Origin: the human T2T-CHM13v2.0 reference genome, Homo sapiens
Strand: one strand, 5' to 3'
Assembly: GCF_009914755.1 (NCBI RefSeq)
Contig: NC_060934.1
Length of the DNA: 64,000 nt
Made by a program: the position numbers and the translations under genes. The first letter of the stretch is position 1. Each line of letters opens with the position of its first letter. The notes under the pieces are model-generated. The model was given only the letters and a program-made list of their open reading frames with translations, did no database searches and was not told where the DNA came from. This document shows, one piece after another, positions 31,519 through 46,278 of the stretch.

Positions 31519-32127
31519 CTTTCTCTTTTAACTTTAATTTAGATTCAGGGATATATGTACAGGTTTGTTACATAGGTAAACTTGTGTCATGGAGGGTTGT
31601 TGTACAGATTATTTCATCACCCAGATACTAACACTAGTATCTAGTAGTTATTTTTTCTCATCCTCTGCCTCCTCCCACCTTCTACCCTCAAGTAGACCCT
31701 AGCGTCTCTTCCCCTCTTTGTGTCCGTAAGTTCTCATCATTTAGTTTCCACTTATAAGTGAGAACATGTGGTATTTGGTTTTATGTTCCTGCAAAAGACA
31801 TGATCTCATTCTTCCTGATGACTGCATAGTATTTTGTGGTGTATATGTACCACATTTTCTTTAACCAATCTGTCATTGATGGGCATTTAGGTTGATTTGA
31901 TTTCTTTGCTATTGTGAATAGTGCTGCAATGAACATTTGTGTGTGTCTTTATGGTAGAATGGTTTATATTCCTTTGGATATGTACCCAGTAATGGGATTG
32001 CTGGGTCAAATGGTAATTCTGTTTCTAGCTCTTTGAGGAATCGCCGTACTGCTTTCCACAATGGTTGAAATAATTTACAGTCTCACCGACAGTGTATAAG
32101 CATTCCCTTTTCTCTGCAACCTCACCA
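31519..32127 (-). mobile_element. 5'-truncated old primate L1 3' end (L1PA13-16-like)
   Basis: 'caggtttgttacataggtaaacttgtgtcatgg..tgttgtacagattatttcatcaccc', 'ccacttataagtgagaacatg', 'cccagtaatgggattgctgggtcaaatgg'. Confidence 0.88.
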
Positions 32128-32651
32128 GGCAAGTTCAACCTCAGAGCCTTGATGAAAGCTACAGTAAATTTCCCTATAGGTGTACCCCTTCTATCAGCTT
32201 TGAAACCATTGTGATAGACTTGGATAGACTTCACATTTCTTAAGTTTCTCCATGAGAAGAATGACATGAGACTGGCCAGTGGAGAAAGAAGGACAGAGGA
32301 TCTACAGAGAACCTGCCGGTGACAACGGGGTAAGGAAGGGAATAAAGCCTAAGCCTGGAGGAGCAAACTAGAATCTCAGGCAAAACTGACTTCAGATTAA
32401 AAAAAAAAAAAAAAAAGGGAGCAATCACTCCCGCTGGCCAGATACTGTGGTACCAAAGAGGAGCAGAGAAAGAAAGAATGTCTAGTACCTGTGATAGAAT
32501 CCAGCTGGAGCTACGCATCTTGAGTCTCCAGAATCTGTGTAAAAGGGGCTGGCAGGTGGGCCACCAACATGATGTGTGGTAAGGTAAGTTTTCCAAATGT
32601 AACTCCTAGAACATGGTTGTCTAGGAGTATCAATTTAAAAATCATTATTTC

Positions 32652-32954
32652 TTTTTATTTTTATTTTTTATTTTTGAGATGGAGTTTCACTCTTGTAGCC
32701 CAGGCTGGAATGCAATGCCGCAATCTCTGTTTACTGCAGCCTCTGCCTCCTGGGTTCAAGCGATTCTCCTACCCTCCCGAGTAGCTGGGATTACAGGTGC
32801 CCGCCACCACACCTGGCTAATTCTTTGTATTTTTAATAGAGATGGGATTTTGCCACGTTGGCCAGGCTTGTCTTGAGCTCCTGGCCTCAGCTGATCCACT
32901 CGTCTCAGTCTCCCAAAGTGCTGGGATTACAGGCGTGAGCCACCACACCCGGCC
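32652..32954 (-). mobile_element. Alu (AluSq/Sp-like)
   Basis: Full dimer 'gagatggagtttcactcttgtagcccaggctgg...gagccaccacacccggcc'. Confidence 0.93.
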
Positions 32955-33209
32955 TTACGAATCAAAATCTGGAACCTCACTTTCACATCTGCTGAGTTAC
33001 AAATCTTAAGACAGACCTTGAAAGCAATGTTTTTAATAAGCAAACCAGGTGATTCTTATCCGGCAAGAGATGGAAATGCTGCTGGAAACAAAGATAGCAG
33101 AATGTTTTAAAAAGAGTTTAATGGTGTTATGAGCAAATTCAAAAGAGAAGAAAGTGGATATTTGCTACCATGCTTCAATTTTGAGTAAAAATTTAAATGG
33201 ACAGCAATA

Positions 33210-33415
33210 CAGATCTGCAGCCTCTTCTTTACAATTCCAAAATTCATAAAATTCAACATTGATGTAATACCAAAACCTGATCTGCTGCAGATGCTGCGGG
33301 GAGTGTTATGTAATATGCCCTGCATTCACTGTACAGTATTGCCTTTCTTAAATCCGAAAAACACTGAATTCAGGAAAACATTTGGCCTTGAGGTTTTTGG
33401 ATAAGATTATGCTCG
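33210..33415. mobile_element. Possible TcMar-Tigger-type MITE relic
   Basis: 'aaatccgaaaaacactgaattc..aaaacatttggccttgaggtttttggataag' resembles a Tigger/MER46-like terminus (recall only). Confidence 0.35.
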
Positions 33416-33439
33416 TATAATTATGCTAATAGCAATAGC

Positions 33440-33670
33440 TAATATTTATTGAGATTGACTACGGTGCTGGTCATTACAGAAGCTCCATTTTATTAATTAT
33501 CGTGTTCAGTAATTGTAGTAACCCTGTGGTGTTGGTTGTGCAGTATTAACATTCCTCATTTTATAGAAAAGGGAAAGTGAAGCTTTGAAAACTTAAATAA
33601 CTTCAATGCTCAAGGTCACACAGCTTGTAAAATGACAGAGAAAGAATTCAATCCTAAACTCTGACTCCAT
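33440..33670 (-). mobile_element. MIR SINE
   Basis: 'ttcctcattttatagaaaagggaaagtgaagct..aaataacttc..ctcaaggtcacacagcttgtaaaatgacagag'. Confidence 0.7.
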
Positions 33671-34457
33671 AGTACACATGTCAACCATGCCATGATTCAA
33701 AACAAGGCCCAGATTAAATATAAAACTGTTCATCCTCCTGTGTACGCAGTGATATACAGACTGAGCAAGACAAAAAAAAAAAAAAAAAAAAAAGAAATGG
33801 CAGATACTGGTTTCTGTGGGCTCCTCAGAGTAGGAAATCATCTCTGAGACAAATGATGCAATTAACTCAGTGCTTAACTTAGGTTGTTGATTTTATCTAG
33901 TGGAAATAGCATGCTTTTAAGAGGCCAGGCCATCCCTGAAAAACTGGGCATGAATAACTGAAACATTCAGACTTGTAAGTTTACCAATATGACTTCACAT
34001 TGGAAAAGCACCTGGAGATGGACAAATAAAATATTCTGAAAAATCTATTATCTCTTTAATAGCTTCTGCATGCGTATCTCCCCTATACACTCTCACGTGG
34101 GTGACTACAGAAGCATCCACATGCTGATATACATACACATTCAGACAAGGTCCTAGTAAAAAATATGCCTGCTTCTGACAAGAAACGAGAACCAGCTTCA
34201 TTCTGTCATTTGTAGCCTAGGATATCTAAATCAATAACCTTCAAAGTAAGATATTGGAGTAAGAAAATACTAGAACTTCTGTTTATGGATTTGTGTGTGT
34301 GTGTGTGTTATTAAAAATTTCATTTTCAGTTTTTTATGTGGTGGACAATATATTAGTACAGTGATTCATTCTTCTTATAACTATATACACTTTAAAAAGG
34401 GTAGGAAAGAATAAAGTCTGGCATCCACTAAGCAAGATAAAGAAACAAAAAATGTTC

Positions 34458-34743
<286 letters not shown>

Positions 34744-36194
34744 TGAATGTTCTTATTCAGCAAATAGATAGAAAGAGTGAGATAAATACATATTATCTGG
34801 CATTCAGTCTACAAAATTGTCAGATTGAAGCATCACACAATAGCTCATGCTTATAGTTGTGTACAATAGGCTTTGCATAATTCCAGAGGACCCTTCATAT
34901 CATGGTCATTTTAAATCTCTACACTTACTCTATTTTTTTCTGCAAATGGCAGAAAAGGATGGCTTTTGTAAGTGTCTGAGGTAGGGGCATGACTGGTTCC
35001 CCTGCAGGGCATACCACACTCCCCTGTCACTCAAACCTGTGCTTCTGTCCAGAGATTATGAACATGGGGTCATGAGAACATATATGCTGGTTCTTCTGTC
35101 ATGATGTATCTTCTCCATTCCAGAGAAACAGTGTTAGGCTTTGTTCATTGTATTGTTGAAATCAAGATTCACTATACTGACATTTCCTTAATTTACTGAT
35201 TTAGTAAATTATAACATAAATTATAATTTACTGTGATCATATATTATATGTGATCATAACAAATAATGAAGAAGAAGAATAAAGCAATGTCTTGCGCGAT
35301 GTAGTTTTAGTGAAAGTATCAATTTAATTCACTGTTTTAGAATTGTTCCTGGGAATTGAGTAAATTTATTAGTTTGCAGTGTTAGGAATGCACCATTAAA
35401 AAAAAGTGACAACTGCCTTCTCCAAATTTATCATGTTTCTAAAAGCTCCCCATATTGGGTGTGATTCTTCTAGGTTCACAAAATTAAACTTACTTTATGA
35501 GGCTTGATGCTTTCTTTGTTATAACTCAGATTTTAATTCTGTCCTCTCTTTTCCAGTTTGGTGAGGCATTGTTTGAATGGAGGCAAAAAAATGGAAATAA
35601 AGAAATTATATCTTTTCTCTAATATGCATTAATTCAATGTCTGCAAGCAAATGGGGACATTTTTTGAATGGTGTTTTAGTTACTTCCTAGGTAAAATATG
35701 TTTTCTCAGGTAGTTAACTGACATTGTCTCTTAGACACAGAGCTCAACATTTTAAACCTTGTCTGACACATCTTTCAGATTGTGGACATCTCTAGAGAGC
35801 AAATACTGTACCCTCTCTTTGCTCTTTTTCGTAAAATGCCCATTATTGTATAATGCAAAATATTACAGTATATGGTCAGTATAAAGCTTAATTGATGTTT
35901 AATAGTCATATGAAGTATTTACTTTGAAGAAAGAAATGCAACTTATTTAGATAAGTAGCAAAATGGGTTTTCTGCTAAGCTAAGTTGGTAAAATGCTTTG
36001 TCATAATATCATATTCAACAAGAAATAGTTATTGTGATCTCACAAGAGACTTTCTGGGATAATGAGAATGTAAAGTATTTTGTTATGGAAAATGCCCATA
36101 CGAAGTCTTTAGTTTTTACGTTCTGTGGTTTAGTTTTTAATTTATGTGGCTTAGCTTTTAATTCATGTTCTCATCCACAGAAATTCTGTGCAGA

Positions 36195-36390
36195 GAAATA
36201 CCTGTAATCAAATCCTAGCTCTGTCATGTACCAACCATGTGAACTTGACTAAATTGCTCGACTACTCAGAGTCTCAGTTTTCTCATCTATAATTTGGGAA
36301 ATATAGTGTCTTCCTCAAAAGACAGATGTAAAGATTAAAACATATAACTTACAAAGGGCACTTAATATAATTCCTGATACCTACTATGTG
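36195..36390 (+). mobile_element. MIR SINE
   Basis: 'tcaaatcctagctctgtca..tgtgaacttgactaaattgc..ctcagagtctcagttttctcatctataa'. Confidence 0.7.
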
Positions 36391-37669
36391 AATAGAGAAT
36401 TTATATCGATGTTTATATTAATGTCTGGGCACCTTTCTCTGTGCCATCTCAGTAAGGTACCACTTTTCCATCTCATTAAATTAAACTTCTTTCTCTGGTT
36501 CTAAGTGATTACAAGGAGATCCCATGCTCAGGCCTCCAATTACCTTGTTTCTCATTAGACTGCAGGACACCTTTTGAAGTTAATTTCAGTTCTGCTTTTA
36601 AAAAAGCAGATATCAAAAGAAAGAATAGGGTACAATCATTGGATTTAATGTTTCTTGAATTATAAAAATATTCTATGAGTGTTTTCCCAGTCATAGTACT
36701 GGGTTCATTTAAGAGGAAAAAATATTTGAAAGAATTAATCCAAGTTAAATAGAATCCGCTTAATAAGCTCCCATTAGGGGGTGCCATGTGCTGCAAAGGA
36801 CTGTATTATTGAGCGTTTATATAGCAGCTTGCTTTACAAAGTAGTTTATAATTTATAATTACTTTTATAAGTAATTTATAATTCATAAAGATGCTTTAAG
36901 CTAAATTTTTATTGTTATCTCCATCTCTTAAATGGAAAAACAAAGGTAGTTAACTAAAGTCATGTAATATGTCTAAGACCAAAAAGAAACTTCCTCTGAG
37001 CCATTACTTTTCCAAGAGGAGATATGATCTTCATCTCTATCTCACAAGGACAAAGAAGAGGTAAAATAAAACAGTAACACCCTATTTATCATAGTCACAT
37101 TACAGAGTCACTGTTATGAGTGTTTATTTCTTTAGGGTAATCAGCTAATATTTGAATTTTGCTTTTTATACTAGATATGCAGAATCTTTGCCTGGCTCAT
37201 TTGCCTGCATCAGAAACATCTTTCACAATAATCTAAGTGAAACAGGGGAGTTTCTTTCCAAAAACAAACCTTTTCATCATGTATCCCAACCCTTACCACT
37301 CTGCAATTAGCAGTGCAATCCCTGTAAGCAGTAGTTTAAGGGGTGCGGTGAGGAGTGAGGTACTTCCTGCAGAGGTCTAGAAGTCCCCAAATTGGTCTAG
37401 GAACAGCATCCCCCTCTTCCTCCCTCACAAATTGGTCTTTCCTACTTCAGAAAGTCTAGTGCATAAGGACATTTTCTGTCCTTGAAAGTCAACTCTTGAT
37501 TACCCGTGAACAGAATTTCTCATTAATTAACTTCATTCTCTTCCTCATGCTATCCAAATTAATTTCCCAGTACTCCAAAATGCTATGTGCCCAAGGTTAG
37601 TCAAAATAGGTAAACATACTTCAGAAAATAAAAATATATTTACTTAATATTCACAGCAATGGTTTGTGT

Positions 37670-37970
37670 TTATATTATGTATTTATTAATATATTTATAT
37701 ATACAATATATATATTCAGTAAAAATTACTACCTTATATATTATATATTTATATATTTGTGTTTATTATATATAATATACACATATATAATATATAGGCA
37801 TATGCATTATGTATAAATATATTCATATATGTAACAATATAATATACATATTGATTTATAAGTGATAAACATATATAGTTGTTTTATAGTAGTAAATGAT
37901 AATAAACACATACTTTTACTATATGAACATACAGTAGGTAACAAATGTATATATAATATATAAATATAAG
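37670..37970. repeat. AT-rich low-complexity (TA)n-like tract
   Basis: Read directly. Confidence 0.85.
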
Positions 37971-38019
37971 CATTTTTTGCAGAACTGTATATTTTTATAT
38001 CAGTATATTAGTTTTAATA

Positions 38020-38290
38020 TTACAGATAAATTTATTTACAATTATTGAAACCATTTGAAAATAAGTTTCAGGCATCATGACACGTGAAATACTTCACTCT
38101 TGAACATAGCATATATCTCCTGAGAATAAGGCCATTTTTCCATATAACTATATTACAATAACATAAAAGCAAAACAGTAATTCCTAATATGATATAATAC
38201 CCAGTTTATATTGAAATTTCCCAAATTGTGACAGGAATGTCTTTGATAGCTGTTTCTGTTTTGTTTTGAACTAGAAATCAGATTGGGTTC
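38020..38290 (-). mobile_element. L1MC/ME-like 3'UTR relic
   Basis: 'gaaaccatttgaaaataagtttcaggcatcatgacac', 'gcatatatctcctgagaataagg', 'aaatttcccaaattgt'. Confidence 0.55.
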
Positions 38291-39606
38291 AGTTCCTAGA
38301 TTTAATTCCAAACTTATTTGACCACCAAACTCTCCCCTTCTCCAAAAAGCTTGATGAGTGTATGTGGTTGAACATACCTAGAGACTCAAGAATGCGGAGC
38401 ATAGAATAGTTTCTGAAAAATGGCCATCCAGCACAAGACTGGCACACAGTGTGAATTAAGTAACAAATTGTCAAATGAACAATAGGTTGGAAGCAAGGTC
38501 AGCCAAGGAAGCATGACAAAGGCATTGCTCATCAGGCAGGTGCAACACTGGGAGGAAAGAGTAGGTAATATGAGGTACTATGAGATGAGGTGATGGCACC
38601 AGGCATACATGTTTCCTTCTTTACAATTTGCCCCTCTGATTTCATGCTTGCATTAGACTAAAATACCTGTATAGTCAATTCTATAAACTCAAATGAATAT
38701 CCACAGGCACACACTTGCACACACTCATACAGAGGTGGAGTGGAGAAGAAAAAGAGAGGGAAATAAATAAAGGAAGTTGGGAAAGGAAAAATAAAGAGAA
38801 GAAGGGAAATAGTACTTTTGTTACCCAGTGTTTCAAGTTACGAACAAAGCCTTTAGGACATCAGCATACATTTTGAAGAGTTGCCAGTAAATTTCAAAGT
38901 AAGTGGTTTTTTGCTTCTGTGAATGAAACTCATAAGCACTTCCTCTCCTACTTGAAGGGCAAAAGGCCAATCAAGGAATCAGGAAAGGATTTTCAATATG
39001 AAGGCTTTTGATCAGACTTTTCTCTCTAGCCTACGTAAGGTGATAATAACTCTGTTTGATATCTCTTGGGGTCAGAATATTGATGATGATAGATTAGACA
39101 CACTATGGCTGCAGCTACAGGAGTTAGAAGATTTTCTCTGCAACTCTATGGTTTAATACTTTTATACTTACATATACCTAGCAAATAATCCTTCTGAAGG
39201 TTCTTTGGATTATCTGTAAAGATGGATGGACTTTTACCATAAGGACTTAGTAAGACAGGGCATGAAAGCACCTAGCCTAGGGTCTAGCACAGCAAAATGT
39301 GCTTAATAGATGCTGCCTTATATGATGAATGCTTTTTTCCCTTGAGTCACATCTTGGGGGGAGCAGGTTGCAGTATATGAGAAACAAGCTATGATTCTAC
39401 TTGGTAGGAAGCAGAATACGAAAAAGTGACAGAGATGCACAGGTTTCTATGACTCGCAATTCAACTCTCATCAACAGAAGTGGTAGGGATTTTTTATGGG
39501 AAAATGATCCAAGACTTTAACCTGGTAAATTTCACTTTGAGTCTTTAGACTACTGTCGTCAAATTTAAAGAATTCTTTAAAAATGCTTTACTTATTCCTT
39601 CTTGTC

Positions 39607-40078
39607 TTTTTTTTTTTTTTTTTGCAATTTTATAACTTTATTTGAGGTATTTGACGGTCAGCGATTAGTTCTCCTCCACATTGACTATCTGTAGATTTTT
39701 GAAAGTGGTTAACAGGTACATAGGTAACCAAAGTATAGAGCTTATTTGGTGAATCTTCATCCTCATTACATTTCCTGGACAACCAAACACGGATTCGGTT
39801 TGGGACTTTCCTTATTCCTTTGGCCCAGACAGCTGTGTTGAGCCTGGTATCAATGTGCACATCTGGAGTTCCCATTTCCTTCATGGCAAATTTCTGAATC
39901 GCTTTGAGTGCCCGAGGGGGACTCTTCTTGAAGCCCACTCCATGGATGGGGCTTGTGAATGTTGTTGGTGTATTCTCGGGTCACCACCTCGTTGGTGACA
40001 GAACGGCCCTTTTTCTTCTCTCCACCCTTCTTTGCGGGAACCATTCTGCCAGGTCCAAGTTGGAAAGGAAGAGTGCGA
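39607..40078 (-). pseudogene. RPL31P: RPL31 processed pseudogene
   Basis: 5' TOP-like CTCTTCCTTTCCAACTTGGAC; ATG at 40044 ([15 protein letters not shown]), next frame [11 protein letters not shown]...[18 protein letters not shown]; stop-equivalent at 39665; intronless; two +1 frameshifts (380 nt versus 378); AATAAA at 39637-39642; poly(A) at 39607-39623. Paralogue number cannot be determined here. Confidence 0.97.
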
Positions 40079-43000
40079 GGGATTCCTTGTCATCCTTCTC
40101 TAAGTGTACAAGAGTTACAATATGACTAGTATAATGTATCTCCAGTAGGTCTGCAATAGGGTAAACATTATTGCATGCTAAATGGCATTTTAGGGCTTTA
40201 ATTCAACTCATCTTTAAAACAAGTAAGCAGGTTTGACAATATGTGTTTAGAGTGTGGTAAATTTTTTAAAAAAATTTATCAATCAAAGCTTTAATAGCAT
40301 TGAGTTAGAAGGCATGTCTTTCAAGATTCTGAAATTCTTAATGAATTTGGTCTTAAATTCTATCTTGCCAATCAATTTAATGTGAACATTCATATATAAA
40401 GTCAACTTCTTTCTGAATTATGGCATTAATCCAAGTCAATAGGGAGATCTAGTGGCCCCAATCACTTTTAGTAAGCTTTATTTAAACATCTTAGGATAAT
40501 ATGTTGCTCAGATAGCTGCCATATCCAGTCTCTGTTTTCACCAATATGCTAAAGTAGTATTCACCAGTTCCAATGATACACCTTTTTTTTTTTTTTTTTT
40601 TTTTTTCCAAAAGAACTCTACCAACAGCAAATTTAAGCATCTCATTCAAGTTCACTTGTAAGGAAAACAGATAGCAATATAATGGCTATAAAACACCAGG
40701 AAGAAAACAATTTGGAATGACTTTCAAGAGAGAATTTCAAAATTCTAGCTGTCAGTACCTCAGTAATCTAAATTGTTTGTAAGGAGGTTTATTTGTTCAT
40801 TCTATAATTAATACATATTGTCACTTCAGAGAAAATTTGGAAAATATAGAAAAATAGAAGAAAATGCAATGAATAACTGAACTATTTCATTGTAATTTTT
40901 ATCCTGTCTCAAATATAACTTAAAATGAAAGTCATTCTTGCAATTTTGTAGAGTTTGGAATACAGGATGGAGAAAGGCAGAAGAAACAAAGAGAAAAGAA
41001 CAACATTACAGAACGTTATGGAGATAAATGGCATACCTAAGAATGAGAGCTTTGCCATTGTATGTTGTTCTTTACTCGAAATACTCTTGCTATTCAAGAT
41101 CTGGGCCTTGCTTGGCTGTAATCTTCCATTCTTGCCAAGTGTGTGTGGTATTTTGGGGATGTGGACAAATATCCACAGGAACTTGGCTGAGACCTACAGA
41201 TATATTTTTACCTCCAACAGCAAACAACCAGGGCATTAACTTGCTCTACCATTTAGCACTTTACATTTGAACCACAGCAGGCCAGTTTAGTGTGGTCCTT
41301 TGTGAACCAAAATTAGAGTGCTGTAATCTGCCTTTCAGACTTTGATTTTTTCCAAGATTTATAAAGAAAGACATCATAGAATTTAGAGATAGATAAACTC
41401 TCAGAGATATAATTCCTTTGCTTAATAAATAAGGAAAAGTTGATGCAGGGGAAAGCACAGGATGAAAAGCCTAGGATTTAATTAGCCGTGAAGCTCTGGG
41501 CAAACCACATAACCATTCTGAGATTCAAGTCTCCTCATCTGGAAATTGATGGAATTGACCACAATAAATTTCAAGTGTCATTTGGCTTTCATATTCCAAT
41601 AACCAATTTTGTGATTCTATGAAAGTGGAAAATGTAAGTAGTTTTTGATAAAATTCTCCATATGAAACTATGGAACTGAGAATTGTTTGCTCTTTGGTCA
41701 AGGCTTAATGACTTAGGCTACATTGGAAGTGTCTATGCTATATCAAAGGAGAGGGAATACAGTAATTAGCCCTGCCATGTCTAATCTGGTAAGGTATTGA
41801 TACAAGGTAAAATGGAAAACAGGATATCCCATAGAATAATTTGGTATGGTTGATACCTGCCCTCATTTTCTCTCTTGTAATAAAAATTGAAGGATGGGGG
41901 ATAAATGGATAGCAAAAGACATGTCACCTTCAAACAAGGGTTGATTCTTCACATGTTCATAAGGAGTAAGAGTGGTATGGCATTTCCAGCTCCAAAACTT
42001 TGCACACAGTTCCCACTCTCTGGGATGAATTTGAACCAACAAAACCTACTTCTTCTAAGAGGTCTCTCCTGATTATCCAGCTATCAAGGTCTCTCTCCCT
42101 TTTCTAAACTCCAATAGTACTTGCTGTGGGTGTTCCCCATTTTTCACTTAACATTTAGGTTTTGTTTTATTGGTTCTTTCCTTAGTGCTAGGCTTCTTAC
42201 TTTTCCATACACCTGTGAGTCCTCAAAAGAAGGAGACCCTTTAGTGCTTGGAAAAGTTAGCACTAAGCCTGCTGCAGGTACATTTCTCCATTGGCATCTG
42301 AGATTAAAGGGACTTATGTTCCACTTTGCATGGTTTCGAATGGACAACAATGGGCACGATTCTTTCATTCTGCCATCCTTTAATTCTCCCTAGAAAGTGA
42401 TTCAAATTTTTAAAGAAGAAGAATTGAGCACCACCTGCAATCCCCAAGATATACTTTGCTGCTTAACTCAGCTTTGAATGAAAACTCGGTTGAAAATATT
42501 TTCTTCCTTCTGTCTTTTGAAAATTGAAAGACCAAATGGAAAAAGACACAGGTCATACATATTCACCTATTCTAGTCAATGATTTAAATACAAACACTTC
42601 ACAGACAAAGAACCAAAAATGAGGGAAAGCATTGATTAGTGAACCTTGTACATCCTGTTTAGAGATCAAAGGGGCCAATGAGCAGGGATCAAAGTAGGGG
42701 GAAATTCAGAATGTAACACCCTTGCGAAGCGACGTTTCTCACGATGTGGTATGGCTTAATCAGAGCCACTCTATTCAGCAGCTGCAAAGAGGAAAAGGAA
42801 AACAACCGTGAAAATTATTAATTAGGTAAGCTTACGCTCTGTGTGCCTTTCATGAAATAGAGCCATTTCAGCAGCTTGTGCCAGCTTTCAGTAGAGAGGC
42901 ATTTTTGGAGAAGACCAACCTGTGCTGCAGGTAGGTTCCTTTTAGAAATGATCACAAAAGCACCTTGTTGCAGCAACCTGACAACCACACCTAGCTTGAC

Positions 43001-43422
43001 TCAGTCTGCAAAACTCTTATACATTGTGAGGCTAGCTCACACCACAGGAATATGCTTCTAAGCTACTTCATTCGCAAAAGTTTAAAAAATTCCTTAAAGC
43101 AACCAACTCAGAATGTTACAAAGATTTAAGTAGCAATGCTCAACATCTGAATAATGTTTTACAGTTTTCAAAATGTTTTCACGCATATTCTTTTATTTGT
43201 TAATCATAACCTTACTCGAAGCTAAATAATCTGCTGTTGGGACGCCAAGTCGGTAATTAACAGAATAAGGACACATATCCTGGTCTGTTGAGTGTAGTGA
43301 TACTTCTACATATGCCAGGTTATAAAATACAAAATTTCAGAAAAACATTAAGGTTGGCAATATGAATTAACACAAACAGTAAGGAACTTGGAAAGGAACA
43401 ATAAATGAATGGTAGAGGTTCA

Positions 43423-43770
<348 letters not shown>

Positions 43771-45951
43771 TCACTTTGTATCTAAGTCCATAAATTTTAG
43801 ACTCTGTGCAGATCAACCATCACCTTCTGTAAACGCATTCTTTTCTCCATAGTGCATACCGTTGATTAGGTTTAAGCTTTTGTTATTTATAATCACATTC
43901 CAGATATATCTTCCTGAAGGGCACTCAAGTTAGCAATTCCATTTACAGATTATCAGTAAGAGTGGGTTTCTCCTGCAAATGGCTTATCTCATTCATTATT
44001 CTGCCTTTCTCCTAATTTTATCTTAATTTCACTTTTGGAGGAAATCTTGCCATTGCCCTCATTATCCATGGCTTTTGTGACTCAGTTATTATTAATGTCA
44101 CTAGCGTTTTCCAAAATTTGTCTTTGTTTCTTTTTTTTCTTTCTGAAGTTATTTTTTAAATATTCTGTTTCCTCAGATCCCCCTCCCCCATTTCTTCCTC
44201 TTGCAGATAATTTGTAAGAATTCTACACTCTATGTCTTCCATTTCAGAAACTTAAGGTACAGGGTTCATGCTTCTTTTTTCTTCAGAGTTTGTGCAATCA
44301 ACTCTCTATGTTCATTTTTCCCACTTCTGTGCCATGCTACCATGCTGCCAGGATACTATGATCACTTTTTCTCATTCAATTTTAAAACAAATTCCTGTTT
44401 CTGAGACAGCATTAGGTTTCCTCATTACTTCTTGTGCCTCCCTTGGGAAGGAAGTGAAGACATAATAAGAAACTGCCAGATACATTGGTTTTACCGTAGT
44501 ATGTTGCATTGGAGATCCCCATTGCTGCTGGATCTTTCCCCCATGCCAATGTTAGGATCTACATCTTGCATAGTATAGCAAGTATAGCATCAGTTTCCTT
44601 TATGTGGTCATATAGTATGTAACAATTGTTCTTTTTATTCAGTGGCTTCTTGTATGCTTCAATTTACCTGATCATGAATTTCTATATAGTATGTATTAAT
44701 TGTTTTAGAGATCTGAGAAACCAGAGAAGTTTTCTGAGGACATGCTGTTACACTCATTGTGATGATGGTAGTGTTGGTAGTGGCTCAACTGTCCTGACGT
44801 TTAGCAGTACAATCACAGGAATTAAGAATACCCTTAGATGTTCTGCAATGTTCTCTTTCTTTTCCTACAGAGCAATGAAGTAATGAGAGATACAGTGGTT
44901 GGGATGTGAGATTTTATGCTCAACTATAAAGGTGAGGAGCATAAGGATGACATATGGATCTTTCTCTCTTTGTTCCTTAACATGGAAGAATGCACACCAT
45001 CTGCTTCAGCTGGAAACTATTAGTCCCGGAAGTTTGACTGTCCTAGAAATTCCCTGTGGACCCACAAGACTTGTCTGTGACTAGCTATTTTTTTCCTGTT
45101 TGTTTTAAAATTATTAATTTTAATTATCCTATATTTTTAAACTTATTTTCTCTTCTTTTGGGTGACACAGTATATCTTAATACTATGTCTCAATACCTCT
45201 CTTTCTTTGATATCCAATTACATTGACTTTTTATATTTTGTCACTTTTAGTCACTTTCTTTCTCATTTAATTTTTTATATCTAAATTAACACTTTGAACT
45301 TTTCATTCATCTTTGTCCATTTTTCTCTAGCTGGTTTTTCTACATTTACTTTAAAATCTCACTTGTTTTGTTGCTTACTTTTTCTTCTCTAACTTAGCAA
45401 ATGCATATCAATCACCTCCTGTATGTTAGACATCATTTATTCCATGTAATTTTATCAGAAATAAGATCAGATCTATCTTAGACATTTAGCACCAATCTAC
45501 CTCTTTCTCTTTCTCTTCTCCTAGCCAAATCTGTTCCTATTCAATAATATATACTTTAAAAATCTATTCCTATATAAATTTTAAGTTTTATCCTAACAAC
45601 TTATCAATCAGTATTTGTTATTCTGCATCATAAATCTCAAATTTTATTTTTCCATGATGTGTGCATTGATATATGAATATCTGAGATTACAAGTGTGTGT
45701 ATTTTTTCAATCCCTTTCCAAGTTTATTATTTCTTATATGTATTACTGGATCCTTTTAAATTTTCCCTAAATTTTTCCCCTGATCTCTTCTGGTGGTATT
45801 GTTGATTCTTAGTCAAATTGGCATGAACGGTGGTCTCCATGGGTTGTTACATTCTGGGTATGTGCTTAAGAAACACAGCATACCTTGATATTGGTCATTC
45901 ATTGTGTGTCAATCACACTTGGTATATTTATTCTTTCCGGATAAATACTAG

Positions 45952-46278
<327 letters not shown>

